Source: Ramazzottius varieornatus (taxonomy: Eukaryota; Animalia; Tardigrada). Taken from it: a stretch of DNA of 64,000 nt. Shown here one piece after another: positions 38,410-51,516 of this stretch; position 1 is the stretch's first letter; every line of letters starts with the position of its first letter. Under the pieces are notes generated by a model. It was not told the origin of the DNA. It searched no databases and saw only the letters and a list, made by a program, of their open reading frames with translations. The DNA is taken from assembly GCA_001949185.1 (NCBI GenBank), contig BDGG01000010.1:753773-817772 (forward strand), written 5' to 3'. Made by a program: the position numbers and the translations under genes.

Positions 38410-39338
38410 ATGGAGTTCCTGTTTGGTAAACGTAAGACTCCAGAGCAGTTGATGCGTGAGAATCAAAGGACGCTGAATAAAGCTATGCGGGACTTGGACC
38501 GTGAACGTGCACGAATGGAGCAACAGGAAAAGAAAACCATCATGGACATTAAGAAGATGGCCAAGGACAATCAGATGGTAGGTTAGACTAGACTGGCAGA
38601 AATTATTGTGTGGAACATTTTGTTCGCGTAAATTATTTTGTTTCGTGGGAAGTGATCGACTTTACATCCGATTCGTCTGTTTAACAGGACGCTGTCAAGG
38701 TGCTCGCAAAAGATCTCGTCCGTACAAGACGATACATCAAGAAGTTCATGATGATGCGCGCTAACATCCAGGCAGTATCTCTGAAAATCACGGGCCTGAA
38801 GTCGACTAACGCCATGGCGCAGGCGATGAAAGGCGTCGCCAAAGCAATGGGCCAAATGAACAAACAGGTATAAAGCGTGAATGACAAACATCCTTTTGAA
38901 ATTAGAATATTACATCGTAGATTATCATCACAAGTATTTTTTCTCGCAGATGAACCTTCCTCAAATCCAAAAGATTATGCAAGAGTTCGAGAAGCAGTCC
39001 GAAATAATGGACATGAAGGAGGAAATGATGAATGACGTGATGGATGACGCTATGGGTGACGATAACGACGAGGAAGAAACGTAAGCTTGAAGATAAACTG
39101 GTCAATTATTTATAAGGCTCTTCTGGAACTTCCTCTTTTGGTATTCAGCGACCTGATCGTCAGTAAGGTTCTGGACGAGTTGGGTCTACAGATCGCGGAC
39201 CAAGTCGGAGCTCTTCCCATTGGCCAAGGTACTGTCGCTCCAGCCGGCGCGGCGGTCAAGAAGCCTGCTGCCGCAGTAGGAGGAAGCGACCTGGACGCAG
39301 ACCTCGAAGCCAGGTTAGAGAACCTTCGTCGCGAGTAG
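38410..39338 (+). CDS. CHMP2A: Charged multivesicular body protein 2a (ESCRT-III, Vps2)
   Basis: MEFLFGKRKTPEQLMRENQRTLNKAMRDLDRER, MNLPQIQKIMQEFEKQSEIMDMKEEM, DADLEARLENLRRE*. Confidence 0.97.
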
Positions 39339-40537
39339 CCTGATGGACGTAGAGTTCTTGCAGAGGAGAGGTCCACGTTTTTATAGGTAGGATATCTGTG
39401 CAGTTCTTCTGCCGTTTTTTTCCCTGTTGCTCGAGCTTGCTAAACCTTTAAGTGATGTCCGGCCGCTCGATGAAAGCAGCAAAGATTCCGTTGCCTACTT
39501 TTCATTTAGGACAGACAGCTTTGTAGTTTCCTCTCATATGAAGAGGACTTCCGTTTGTAGTTACACACGATACTCAGATGCTGTACCGTGCGAATATCTC
39601 CAGACTTTTACAACAGCAAATCATTGGTTCTTTTCGTAAAAACAGTTGATTAGCATGATAAGAGCACAACTCTCGAAAATTGGATAACGGAAAATTGAGA
39701 GAAGAGAACGGCAGTCTGGCCCAATTTTGGCACACATAAAACTTGCGAATCTGGTTGAGCAGTAGAAGAACATACACGGTAGACTACACATTTACAATAA
39801 ATACAGACCTAGAAACTGTTGAATAAGTGTTGGTGGGATTATCGTTACTTGCAGCCAGAAGGGAGAAGTCAGGGAGTGACGGACCGAAGACCGTCCATGT
39901 TGTTCCGTAAAGACTCCTCGAACTCTCTCAGGTCTTTGTGTTGCTTCAAGGCCCTACACACATCTGCCAGACCACTTTCTGTTTGCAGCAGGGTCGCTAA
40001 AGTAAAGAAACAAATTTAGTACAAACTTGTACGAACAATCGTGGGAAAGAGGATTTTCAGGCCGAGTGAAGCAACGCCCTTTCAAGTCTGTCGAGATTTC
40101 AATGGACAGTACTGAAAAAAGACATCCCACTTGATCGGGCCGATTGAAAATTTTACTGGGGAACCGTACTGTGAGTCACAAGTTACGACTTGCGATGGCA
40201 GTACACGTAACTAGCATAATTATTGGCCTGTTTCAATTATTGGCCACCCAATTATTTCGGCGATCAGTGAGTGACTCGATTGAATCGACTGAAGATCATC
40301 CACATAGCTTATGAACATGAAAGGTCCACCAGACGAAGCCAAAACAGTCGGCTTCTAGACGGCTCCAAAGCGGGTGACCAATCATTGGGAACCAGCCAAC
40401 AATTATCCGAGGTACGTGTGCTGCACCCATTTTCGCGCCGAAACCGCACTGTCACCACACCAGCAGCAACCCTAATCAAAGTGCTCGCTCTACAATGGTT
40501 TGCCTTCTTTGCTCGGCCTTTCCACTGGTCAGAACCA

Positions 40538-41719
40538 CTAGCTAGTTACTGTACCAGAAGCTTTAGCATCTTCTTCGAGGAAGTCCACGAACGTTTGGTA
40601 TTCGGCGATCTGTTCGTCGAGCTTGGCGAGCACGAAGTCCAGTCCAGCGTTGATCGCTCTCTGCTCGGCCAGCTTTTTGTTCTGAGCAGCCGCTTCACCG
40701 AATTTCCCAAGCAGTTGTGCATGTTTCTCGTTGACTTTTCTCTGGATAGCCTCCGCATCCTCCATATCGATTTGGGGAATCTCAAAAACGCCGTAGATTT
40801 GTTCCTGCAGCGAAACAACACCAGCAAACATTTAATATGCACGAGAGGTGGCCGAGAAACGAGACGTTCAAGATCGTTGTTTCAAGTGGCGCACATTGTC
40901 AGCCAACAAGAACGAATACGTGCGCCAGTTGAAACACGATCTTGTATATTTCGTTTGGCAGCTCCCAGTTGTTCCGCACATCCTGCAGCTTACCCGAAAA
41001 TTACTGACGATATTCGCAAAGGCTGTTACATATCTTTTCTCAATAGTTCCATTCATCTCCAGAAATTCTTGAGGGGACGCGAGTGGAGGCGAGCGTTCCG
41101 TGCCGTTGCTATTCTTGGTTGCCTTGTCCAGCAGTTGTAAGCACAGACCCGTGATCCGTCCTGCCACTTTATCGTACATCTGTTCTTCTACTACAACATA
41201 CAATTTTGTGTCATAGTAAAAACATCTATTAGATGATGTAGTCTTACGTTTGCGACATATTTCCTCAACGGAGGTGCCAAAGGAGTTGACGATGACGTCG
41301 TTGATGCGATGCCATTCAGGTTGCATCTTCACACTGGGACGTTCAAATCTCCTGAAGTTGAACGGATCGTGTCTCACGGCGGTCTTCTTCTCGTCCAGCA
41401 TCTTATGGATCGTCTGGTCAGCACGGAATGGCCGAGATGTCTTGGTCGGCTGAACCGTGTTAGACGTTGTAAAACTTGCATTGTTTCCCATATTCTCCTT
41501 GTCGCTATCACTGTGCTGATGATTCTCGCTCGACGTCACCATCTGATTGAATTGCTCGGATAAGCGATCCGCTGGATTCTGCAGGGCCATGTCCGATTGA
41601 ACCTACACGTACAGTCAGATGACACTGATTAATGGAGAATTTTGGGAAGGTAGTCTTACTCTCTTGGCGAAGGGAGATCCAGATGGAGAAATGAAGGCAT
41701 CAGCATGATTACGACGCAT
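40538..41719 (-). CDS. Uncharacterised protein with C-terminal coiled coil (3 exons)
   Basis: MRRNHADAFISPSGSPFAKR joined via GT-AG introns to the ORFs at 40868-41590 and 40538-40831. No family recognised; 3' end uncertain. Confidence 0.6.
40869..40944. repeat. Family C with extended arms (orphan gene intron)
   Basis: CAAGATCGTTGTTTCAAGTGGCGCAC...GTGCGCCAGTTGAAACACGATCTTG. Confidence 0.85.
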
Positions 41720-43240
41720 TGTGAAGCGGTCGTTGACTGAGACTACAATCATTACACTTTGATTAACGTGATGGAACAGGGCGCAGAAAAAATTCCGATA
41801 AATTCGAGAATTTTATTCAACGGTTTCGTGACTTTCGTCGGTTTTGTTCTTTTCGCGGTGAAGTGGAACCGGATGGAAGACAGGAACCTTGGACTGCCCC
41901 AGCTGAAAGAAGATCAATGACGTCAGGGACGGAACAATTGTTGAGCACGGTAGTGCAGCTGAACCGCGCGTTCACCTGGGACCAACTTGCCATAGAATCC
42001 GCTTCATCGTGATACGGACCGTCCTTCAAGATAACGCGCCGACTTCCGCACAAGAGCGCTGGGTTCGATTCTACAAAGTTTGCTTTTTGGTTTTCCAACA
42101 AGCCATAATTGTCACTTCGTAATGCCTTCTAACCCAAAATGCACGTTCATCAAAGGTACACCCATCTAGCGTAATTATGGGGGGAAAAAATATTTGGCCA
42201 CAGGCCGGAAGCGGCAACGCTTCGATTGATCGTCAGTTAAGCCGGAAGATACCGCCTTCGGCCGGTGGCCAGACACTTGTTCGCCGCCAATAATTAGGTC
42301 AAGCGCGTGTACGAAGCTTGCCTGCAGACACACGAACGATGTCATTAAAATAGAAACGAAGTACGGATGGAAGCATAAAGAAGGACCGTCGGGACACATC
42401 TTGATGGCCCAACCGTATCCTCTTTGTTTGTCTGACCACCTGGCAACTGCATGTGCGTGCTTGAGGCAGCCGGTTTTGCTGGACTTATCATGTCACATAC
42501 AGTCTAGGTGTACGAAGAAGACAGTCTCGACGAAGGCAATTACTCTTCTAGGTCCAGTATCGGTGAAACATATGTTCAAAATCGGCCGCATAATTCCAAG
42601 ATAGGTTCACGCTTATTATGGATTTGAAGATAACAGGGCCTTATAACTCGAATTACACGATGATCTTCTATAATAATCCACGTTCCGACGTGTGCTAACG
42701 CGCTAGTACCATGTCCAGTTTTGATCACTTAATTCAACGTTGGAAGACACGATAATTCTGATTTTCCCGATCACGTGGAACTCAAATCGATACGAACAGA
42801 TGTACAGCTCTTCCAATATTAGTTCTGCACGGGTTAGGAGAGCCCCAACGCCCGAAAAGCGAAAGTGTTTTGTAACAAAAGAAGAGGATGCCGGAAGAAA
42901 TGAGCTCGAAAAATCGGCAGAAACGACAAAAGAACAGGCAACTAAAGTGATACCATCGATATCCGAGTGTTCCGCCAGCGTGAGTCATCTTAAATGAGAT
43001 CCGTTATCAAAGAGCAAGTCCGTATCAAATGTCAATTTCAATATTTCTGGTTCAAATTTCACACGAAATATCGCCTTGATCAGTCTTCTAATCATTTTGA
43101 ACGTGGTCCCCATTTTAACAGGCAGGAATGATTTCGGTATCAACGATCCAGGCAGAAATGTTTGGACAAATTTTAGCTGGGCAGCAGCCACACATGGGCA
43201 TCTCTACCCTGGTCGGTATGGCTGAGCAGTCTTTTCGGCG

Positions 43241-46160
43241 GTGACGAGTCCATTTATCTTCCGTCTCACCATCAGGATCGTTTTGCTTGCTACATCATGT
43301 ATCATCGAGATCACTGACGCACTACTGGATGATTTAGTCGCGTCACAGGCCAATAACTGGTTGGGTTTTAAGCGAGACTACATGGTCAGGAAGTGGGTTG
43401 GGTTCGCAACTGACGGTGCGTCGGCCCGAACCGGACTTAACGAAGTGGCTAACAGACTTGCGGAACAACTCCCACTCATAGTGTCCACTCACTGCGTTTC
43501 CCATCGTGTACAGCTCACTGTTGTCGACACGGTAAAAAAGACGAGCGATTTCCATCAAATTCGAGGATGCAGTCCGTGATATTTACTCCTACTGCTCCAG
43601 GTAAGAAAATTGGTAGCAAAAACTTTCTGGCTGCTTTTATGTAGAAGATTGATGAACACTGTTCACCGAACTGGCTCACGAACTTCGAAACAGGCACAAA
43701 AAACACGGCAGTGCCTTTGTCTTTTGAAATATGGTCCGACATGAGCCGCTAAGACCTGACCGTGTCAAACCCGTACTTACTTTGCATGCAAGACATGAAA
43801 GGACAGAAGCTACTCGACCAACCGCTATCGATAGTGTCATTTTCTTCCTGTGATTCACTAGTCGCTTGACCATTATACAGTGTATGTGGGCGATGCGCTG
43901 CCCGCTACGGTTGAATTCCCTAGTTCCCGAATTTACAACTAACTAAGGAGAGGCGCACAGTTCTATTACAGCCGGTGACTTATCTGCAGACGCGAAGGTG
44001 TGGGACCGATTACGCATACGACTTCTTCGCCCACTATGGAATTGCGTACCGCACAGTAGTTGACCGTAAATTTAGAGTTCGAGGAGTGAAACCCTAGCGG
44101 GCATCCCTGTGTGTTTGGCGTCCTTCGATAACGATGGCAGCGCCGCACTTCGCATAACACAACACATGCCTATGGTTTATTCAATGATGGAGGAATAGTC
44201 AAAGTCCGCCGTATTGTATCGCCATTTAGCTATGGAAACTAAAATCATACGGTGGCAGTAATGTAAACTATCGTTTGATGCCGATTCCATCTATTAGGGA
44301 ACGTACAAACATTCAGAGAAATCAGGAATGGACTGCCGAAGCAGTCCATGCCTGAAGGTGGAGACCGTTAACAGTGAATGCTGAAGAAGAGCTACGAGAA
44401 TATCGCTTCGATAGTGGTCTCTGTCGTGTAAATTCCAATTCTACATAATCACATAGGAAACACAATACGTATATCACTGTAGGTCTTTCTGGCATTCAGT
44501 CGTTGCCCATTTGTCCACGTTCTGTAATCACATGAAAGCATAGTTCAAGTTCTACCGATGGCTCCCCAGTCGTGGGTTATGGGTGTCACCTTGAAATAAT
44601 ACTCTCATCAAAAGTGCTCACTGTCCGTAACGAATCAGGAATTCTTTCAGGTGGCCTGGGAACAATCTTCCAACATTCGATAACTCATGAGTGTGTGCCG
44701 TATTACTTGAGGCCTAGCGCGACCATGATCTTCGCCCACATGCACCGCATAATTATTGAACGAGTCTGCACTATAAGAAAAAATGACACTTTGGTGACAC
44801 CATTGACGGTCAATGGAGCTCACAATGTGGGATATACCTGCTGACAATATTTCAACGTTTCGCTTGTGATTGTGCATCTGATGAGCTACTGTTCTGCAGG
44901 TCCCCAAAAGCCACAAATAGACTTAAAGCGTAATGGATCTTATGGACCAAGATTTCTTGCAGCCCAAAAAGCTTCTACAGATCCGGTGGGTAGCGTCAAA
45001 GCAGGCCGCGATACGAGCGATTATTCGTGACTACAACAGACTTGTCTTAAACATTGGTGAGGCCGTGACCTTGGCGGCTGAAGGTGGTCTCCTGGAAGCT
45101 CGGTTGACCAACCTCTACAACATTATCACATCAACTCAGTTCCTCCTAACTCTTCACTTTCTTCAAGATCTCCTCGCTGAGCTATCCAAATTATAGGCGA
45201 GGTTTCAGAGAGAAGATTACCGGGTTTTCGACTTACATGACACCCTGGAAGAGTTCGTCAAGGTTCTGAACAATTGGGAGCGTAACGGGTCATTGTCTAT
45301 CACGGAGCTGAAAGACAGAATCAAGTTACAACATGACCTAGTCTTCTTTCAGGAGCGTCCAGAAACAATCGGTACACCAGTTAACGGTAAGAAACAATCG
45401 TGCCGATAACATTAAGCATAGGCAAAGCTTTTTCTCCTTTTATTCACTGCAGACTGAAACGGCAACTCTTTTACGGCTTTCCGCAAGGAGTCCGTGGACT
45501 TACTGCAAAATGCTCTCATATTCTTCAACTTGTGTTTCCCCGAAACGAAAGCGACGAGACATTTCCGGGTGTTCAGTTGAACAAATTTACTAGCGAGTAC
45601 TGACGCTGTGGCATGTACACATACAAGTGCTGGCCCGATACTTTAGGTTCAACCCGTTTACCGTCCTAGCACAGTGGATCAAGTTCAAAGCAGAGTTTAC
45701 GACAGATTTTGAGCCGGTCTACTGGACAAAGGAAAACGCCATTCTCATGCACAACATTCTGCGTGAAAGACACATCGTCTTCGAAGACGAGCACTCGGAG
45801 CTGGAACAGCTGTTTGTTGTCGCGTCTGTACTTCCGGTCAGTACGGCAATTTGCGAACGAGGTTTCTCCATCCAGGATGTAATTAAAACTATACGTCGAA
45901 CTCGACTGAACGAACGAAGCTTGGACGCGCTAATGCGGATAGCCATAAACGGGCCGCCACCAGGAGAGATGGACTTCCTGAATATCATCATGTCATGGGT
46001 ACGGACTGGTAATTTTCCTTCTGAGTGGAATCCACCCCAAGCAAGCGCCGCAAATAGTGAGGATCTCGAAAAATCAGACTGGCAGCAGACATTGACGCGA
46101 TCTCCAGACTGCGTGTTTAAGTCTAACATTATACGCGGGAAATGGCCGGAGACGAGGTAA
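43241..46160 (+). pseudogene. Decayed intron-containing hAT (ZNF862-like) transposase
   Basis: GFATDGAS...THCVSHRVQL; IYSYCSR/SPK across GT-AG intron 43601-44900; IRWVASK; LPVSTAICERGFS..IKT.RRTRL...LMRIAINGPP (hAT dimerisation domain). Frameshifts near 43555 and 44932, in-frame TAG at 45194-45196. Confidence 0.85.
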
Positions 46161-47033
46161 GAGTTTTCTGGCCGTATTTATTCATCTAAAGACAACTGAC
46201 AGTCTGTCAGACATTATGCCTTTCTTTGTAGAAAGAAGCAGGATCGGAGCGTCACCTGAATCTAGCGAGGACCACTACGATGTACAAAACACATCACTGT
46301 ACAGTCTCCCCCTGGAATATTTCCTGTACTTTTCACTTGGGATTACTGTCATATTCCGGATTCTCGATGTGTTTTGTAAACCGCACAGGACGAGTCTTCA
46401 CTCCAACATTCGCGCCGTCCTTTGTCTAAGTTCTCCACGTACATAACTTACCTCTGCTAAATATTTGGTTCATGTAATGCACCAGTGTCACATAATTTTC
46501 ATCAATAACCATTATACTTCGGACTGTTGTAATTGTCCAAGTTTACTTTATTTTCGCATTAAGGTACCTCTCAAAATTATCAGTCACCGTTGTGAGGTTT
46601 CACGCTCGAAGCATATGTTTGGCGGCAGTCCATATGCACAAATCAAAAAGTACTCCTGTGGCCTGCAAACCTTAGCTTGTCGTGGTCCAGGGTGCATCTT
46701 TACCGATACCGTTAGGTAACTCGCTCTTTCTATAAATTTTAGTTTTACAAAATTTTTGCTGCATTTTCTCCGAAAATGTTCGCTCTCGTTGTCCTTATCC
46801 TTGTGGTGATGCCCAGCATAACCGTAAGTTTGCCTCTAAAAGAAGGTTCTACTTGTACTCCACTTTACAGATGGTCGTAATCTAACGTGGTTAGATCAAT
46901 CGTGACTTCAACCAATTCACACATGTTGCCTAAGCTTGATTGTTGAATGATCAAAAATCGTGGATGGTATAGCTGCGTCAGCCTACAACCATCGGTGAAG
47001 CTTCCTATACCCTTAAACATGTCTTGTTTCAGG

Positions 47034-47547
47034 CGGTAAGAACCGTATCCAGCCTACTACGGTAGCTGGCAATACGACTGCCCTACCGGAAGTGAAGCTG
47101 GAGGAAAGTGTCCGCCAATGTCCCGCTGCACCTCCATGCCCACCTTCTCCTCCATGCCCGGCTCTACCTCCCTGCCCAACATACAACCGGACGGAGCACG
47201 ACCTGGAACATCGAAACGATCGTGGCGCCAAGCACGAGGACACTGGTGATGGAAAGTGCCCCCCTCCGTCCGTGAAGACTTACTCGAAGGTTGGCGGCAT
47301 GGAATTCGGTGCAGAAACATCCTGCAACGGAACGTCGCCGGAATTCTTCCTTACCCTAGGGCTGGGTTCGACAGGCATGCTGTGCTTCACGGCCATCGCC
47401 CTAGGCTACTTGCAGTATCTCGGCAAGAAATACCGATCAGCTCCAGCTGATTCGGCGGACATGGCGGAGAAGGGATGGAAGGCCAAAAAGACACTGAACG
47501 TCGTCAAACAGAAGCTGCGCCATCGCCACCGAAACAGCTGGAGCTGA
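47034..47547 (+). CDS. Possible terminal exon of a single-pass membrane protein with Cys/Pro-rich ectodomain; upstream exons unresolved
   Basis: CPAAPPCPPSPPCPALPPCP, hydrophobic FFLTLGLGSTGMLCFTAIALGYL, basic tail, acceptor TTTCAG near 47032. A signal-peptide-like MFALVVLILVVMPSIT at 46776 could not be joined in frame. Confidence 0.4.
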
Positions 47548-48027
47548 TCGGTACGTGGAGTCAGGATACTCGTTTTACTGTTTCATTTGAATTTTCTTTT
47601 ATTTCTTGACGTTTACCTTGTTGTTTTCCATATCTGGACGGAGTCTTTCATTTTTGCGTGATACCGCGTTCGATGCTAGATGTTCTATTGTTCTCTTCCC
47701 CTGATTGGACTTTTGTCCGCTTTGTACAGTTTTAACTTGTAAATGGTCACCCGACTTGTTGCCGTTCCCACTTCCGCTGCAGACGTAAGCAATCAAGAGC
47801 CTGATCATGCGTTTCGCTCTCCAGCAACGCGCGGTTCAGCAGCACATCGGCGTTGTTGAGTGCCTGATTGATGTAAATAAATTACTAATTAAATAAGTGA
47901 AACTGAATAGTTTTCGGAAAAACAACCGATCTCTTCGCAGAATCGCAGGTTCTTCTCCTCTCTGTGACTTCTGTACCTTTTCTTCGGTTGATCTCGTTAT
48001 TCAGTGTCCACCAGTGAGGAAGAAGTC

Positions 48028-49831
48028 ATGGTGGAGACCACTACGAAAGCGAAACATGGATTAGAATTCGACATTGGGAATTTGCTCGTTTCGGATCCAC
48101 GTCCGCTTGTCGCCGAGAACAAGTAAGACCGCAATTAACAAGTGAGTCTATCGCTAGCCTTCTTGACATACTCTCACTTTTCGGGTATAGTCAGTCCATG
48201 GATGATCTTGTCCTGAAGGAGATGACGGAGCTGACCCAGTTGCTGCTGGGCCAAGTATGGGCGCTTCCGCTTGAACGCACCGAAGATGTGATAGTCGCCG
48301 CGGTAAGATCGTACCGATTCTTCCAATCTTGCTCAGCCTAAAAACTTGATAGATCTTCAAAACATTATCACTGTTATGTTCTAGCTACCCAAACCGACGA
48401 CGTTTCTTCCTAGAGAAAAGCCTGTAAGTTCCGGCTATTCGTCTGGTTCATAAACTGAGTTATGCTTGATTCTTGATTTGATCGACGAAGCGGCGACTAG
48501 CTGATTGCGCAACACGCAAAACCGAAAATTATTCACTACTGTAGCTCTACCAAATTATCGCGCACTGAACCACGTGATGGGTCATCGCTGCCCAGCGTGA
48601 TAAGATGTTATCAGTTTGGCCTCGCTGACTCTCACCCGGGCATCGTTTACTGTTCACGTGGTTGAGTGCGCGATAATTTGGTAGCACTACAGTACGTAAA
48701 TTTGAGTTTATTTTCGGATCCGGAAGTTTGTGGACTCGCGGTCCTGGACTCCTGCAATCTACGCTCTTCAGTCCACGGAGGATATATTTTGAGTTTCTGA
48801 CTGATTATGAGATTCTTTTTTTGCAGATACCGAAGCCGAAAGCACTGACGAAGTGGGAGAGATATGCGAAAGAAAAGGGTATCACAAAGCAAAAGAAATC
48901 CAGGATGGTGTACGACCCAACCACGAAAGAATACAAACCTCGATGGGGATATCAGAAGCCTTCGACAGATGATGATGACTGGGTTCGAGAGGTTAATAAT
49001 CCCATAGACGGTAAGTCACTTGTTATCTTGTTTCACGCCTAGCAGACGAAAGTCTTTACCTTGCGGTTTGCGAACCATAATTGCAGAGCAAGAAGACGTT
49101 TTCGAGCAGAAGACCAAAGCCAAGAAGGAGCGAGTAGCCAAGAATGAGCTCCAGCGGTTACGGAACATTGCAAGAGCGTACAAAACGAAAGGTTTGTCGA
49201 ATTATTTCGCACGGTTGCAGGTACACTCGTAGACCTCGGTTATAATTTATTTCGTCTCCATTTAGTCCCAGCGAGAGGAATTCTGCCTGTTGCTGGCAAT
49301 AAAACGCCCTCAAAATCCCAGATTAGTCAATCAGCAGCGTTCGCGAAGACCGCTGATGCTTCGGTTGGGAAGTTTACCGAAACGCTCAAATCCGAGAAGC
49401 CGGTAAAAAACATGGGAAAGAAACGGAAGGTGAGTGCTGCCGCGAAACCGTTCGACGGATATAATTTCGATCCTGTACTTTGCTTTACAGTTCGAGAGCA
49501 ACGAGGGCGACTTGCAATCAGAGAAGATGCGTACAATGGGTGTTTTGAATAGTGTGTTCAGTAAAAAGCCCAAGGTCGATACGGAAAGAGCCCTTGGACG
49601 AGTGAAGAGACGTTCAGAGTAAGAACTTCCGGTCGCACTACAATACTTGCTGTGGTCTGACCAAGAATTTTTTACAGCAGACCCAAGAAGCCACAGCGGT
49701 CTGAAGACCAGAAGGAACGCAAAGGGGGTCTCGGAAATAAATTCGGACCGCAAGGCAAAGCCGGTAAAGGCCGGAAAGGACCGGCAAACAACAAGATGAA
49801 GAAGCCAGCAAAATCTCCTCGACGATTTTGA
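48028..49831 (+). CDS. RRS1: Ribosome biogenesis regulatory protein RRS1
   Basis: LEFDIGNLL..D, LPKPTTFLPREKP/IPKPKALTKWERYAKEKGITKQKKSRMVYD..TKEYKPRWGY, KKERVAKNELQRLRNI, ASVGKF. Confidence 0.95.
48539..48692. mobile_element. MITE family B in an RRS1 intron
   Basis: TA-CTGTAGCTCTACCAAATTATCGCGCACTGAACCACGTGA ... TCACGTGGTTGAGTGCGCGATAATTTGGTAGCACTACAG-TA; ~39-bp TIRs with TA duplication. Confidence 0.85.
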
Positions 49832-50119
49832 TCGCTCAGTGCTAGTCAGCTTTCCTGAGCTTCGATAACGGACGGATTAGAGAACTTTACTATGAGTAGT
49901 CCGTTCATTTGATATTAGTTTGAGTTTTAGAGTTGAATTAACGATAAATCGATGGTTGCTCTTAAGCTTCCGGACCACTTCCGGTCCGCAGAATTTTTTA
50001 TCCACCGAGATAACCTTCTTAGGCTGATAGGTTATAAACTCTGAAGTAATATAGTGAGACGGAAAACAAACTGGAACATGGAAAGACTTTACAAGTATCT
50101 AGATTCAATGCCCGAATGT

Positions 50120-50961
50120 TTATGAAGTTGCGTCGGAATTGAAACTAGCAGAAAATAACGTGGGGAACCAGTAAACGATATCGCTATTGCCAACACCAGC
50201 TTGCAGGTCCACCCAAGCAAACCCGCTAGAGACCATGTCCTGCAGGACCTTCTTGCTCCTTTCTTCCTGCCATTTTAGTTTCACTTTGAGGTCCAGTACA
50301 GTGATGCAAGCTGTTTCTTGCGCGACTTGTATAACTTGATTCTGATCCAGACTGAGTTCGCCGGGAACGGACTGCACTAAAATGCGCCCACGATCGAGCT
50401 TGATCAATGTAAATCCGTTCCCGAGGATCTTCAGCTTGTCAATCGCTCGTAGGATGTCATCTGTGCTGAGCTGTTGACCGCTGGTCTTTCTTCTGCTCCG
50501 GACTACTCGCTGGAACAGCTCCTCCAATGGCATAATTCCTAAAGGAGAAACGAAAACCATTATGGTACACCCACTGCGAAAGATAAATCGATCGATATTC
50601 GAATGCAAACCGTACCTCCATTCTTGTGGTTCGTAGCCATACAGACTTCGACAATCTGGACACCGAGTTCATAGTAGAAGTCTCCCACGCCCAGCATTTC
50701 GCTCCAAAAACCTTTGCTGGAAGCTAACGGGTCTACTCCGATACTGGCGCACATCTCTTGGAACTGCCGACGGAACTCCAGATTTTTGCGAATTTCATTC
50801 TTGTGCTTCTCCGCGAACTCCTCGACTTTGCTCTTGAGGGTGCCGAGTTGAGATGAAAGCTGGCGCAGTTGGTCAGCTGCTAATTCTTCTCCGCGATCCC
50901 TGAAGCGTGCTTCCGTCAGCTTCTTCTTGTCGATGGCTCCGATTCCGACACGACGATTCAT
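50120..50961 (-). CDS. SNF8: ESCRT-II subunit SNF8/Vps22 (2 coding exons)
   Basis: [89 protein letters not shown]. Confidence 0.97.
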
Positions 50962-51516
50962 CGCTAAACGACGAGATGCTTCCCACGAGATGTGGGCTCG
51001 GCTGCCTCAACTGCGCGATCCGTCTGAGATTCCGACTGCCACCTGAAAACACACGTGGGAAGACTGAAGAAAAAAATCTGGGAAAAAGATAAGTTAGAAC
51101 CGGAAAGTCCGGAATTCAATGACTACACATTAGGCTGTTTGCGAATCTCGTTTCGTCCGGTCCTTAGGCGGGTACAAGCTTCTATGATATTTGTCAGGAT
51201 CAACGGTACGATTATTTTGGTTGGTTAGCTCCTGCAGCCGCAGGTTTGCCCCCATGTGATTTATCGTAAACCTCTTTTTACGCAACGTCTGAATGTTTAC
51301 GTTTTCCACGTTGCAATAAAGCTGCTTGGATGGTTATTTCTGGTTGCTGAAACACTTTGCTCCGCGTCGTGCCTTTCGCTGTTTTACCCTTTTGTTGCAG
51401 GTATTCGATGTGGAAGGGGATGCGAACAGTCAGGTTCAGTCTCCGTGTAAGAGCTGTAGAGTCCGTCGCGGTGAAACGGCCTTTGATAAGGATGGACTGA
51501 CTGTTCAGCTTCCGCA

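Noticed and set aside
40271-41140. 289-aa plus-strand ORF, and similar long antisense ORFs in UTP14 and VPS13B
   Set aside because: Antisense shadows of coding exons on the other strand; this one also runs through an intron repeat.
43601-44900. Nested gene or element inside the long hAT intron
   Set aside because: Only short ORFs with no motifs, TIRs or LTRs that I could identify.
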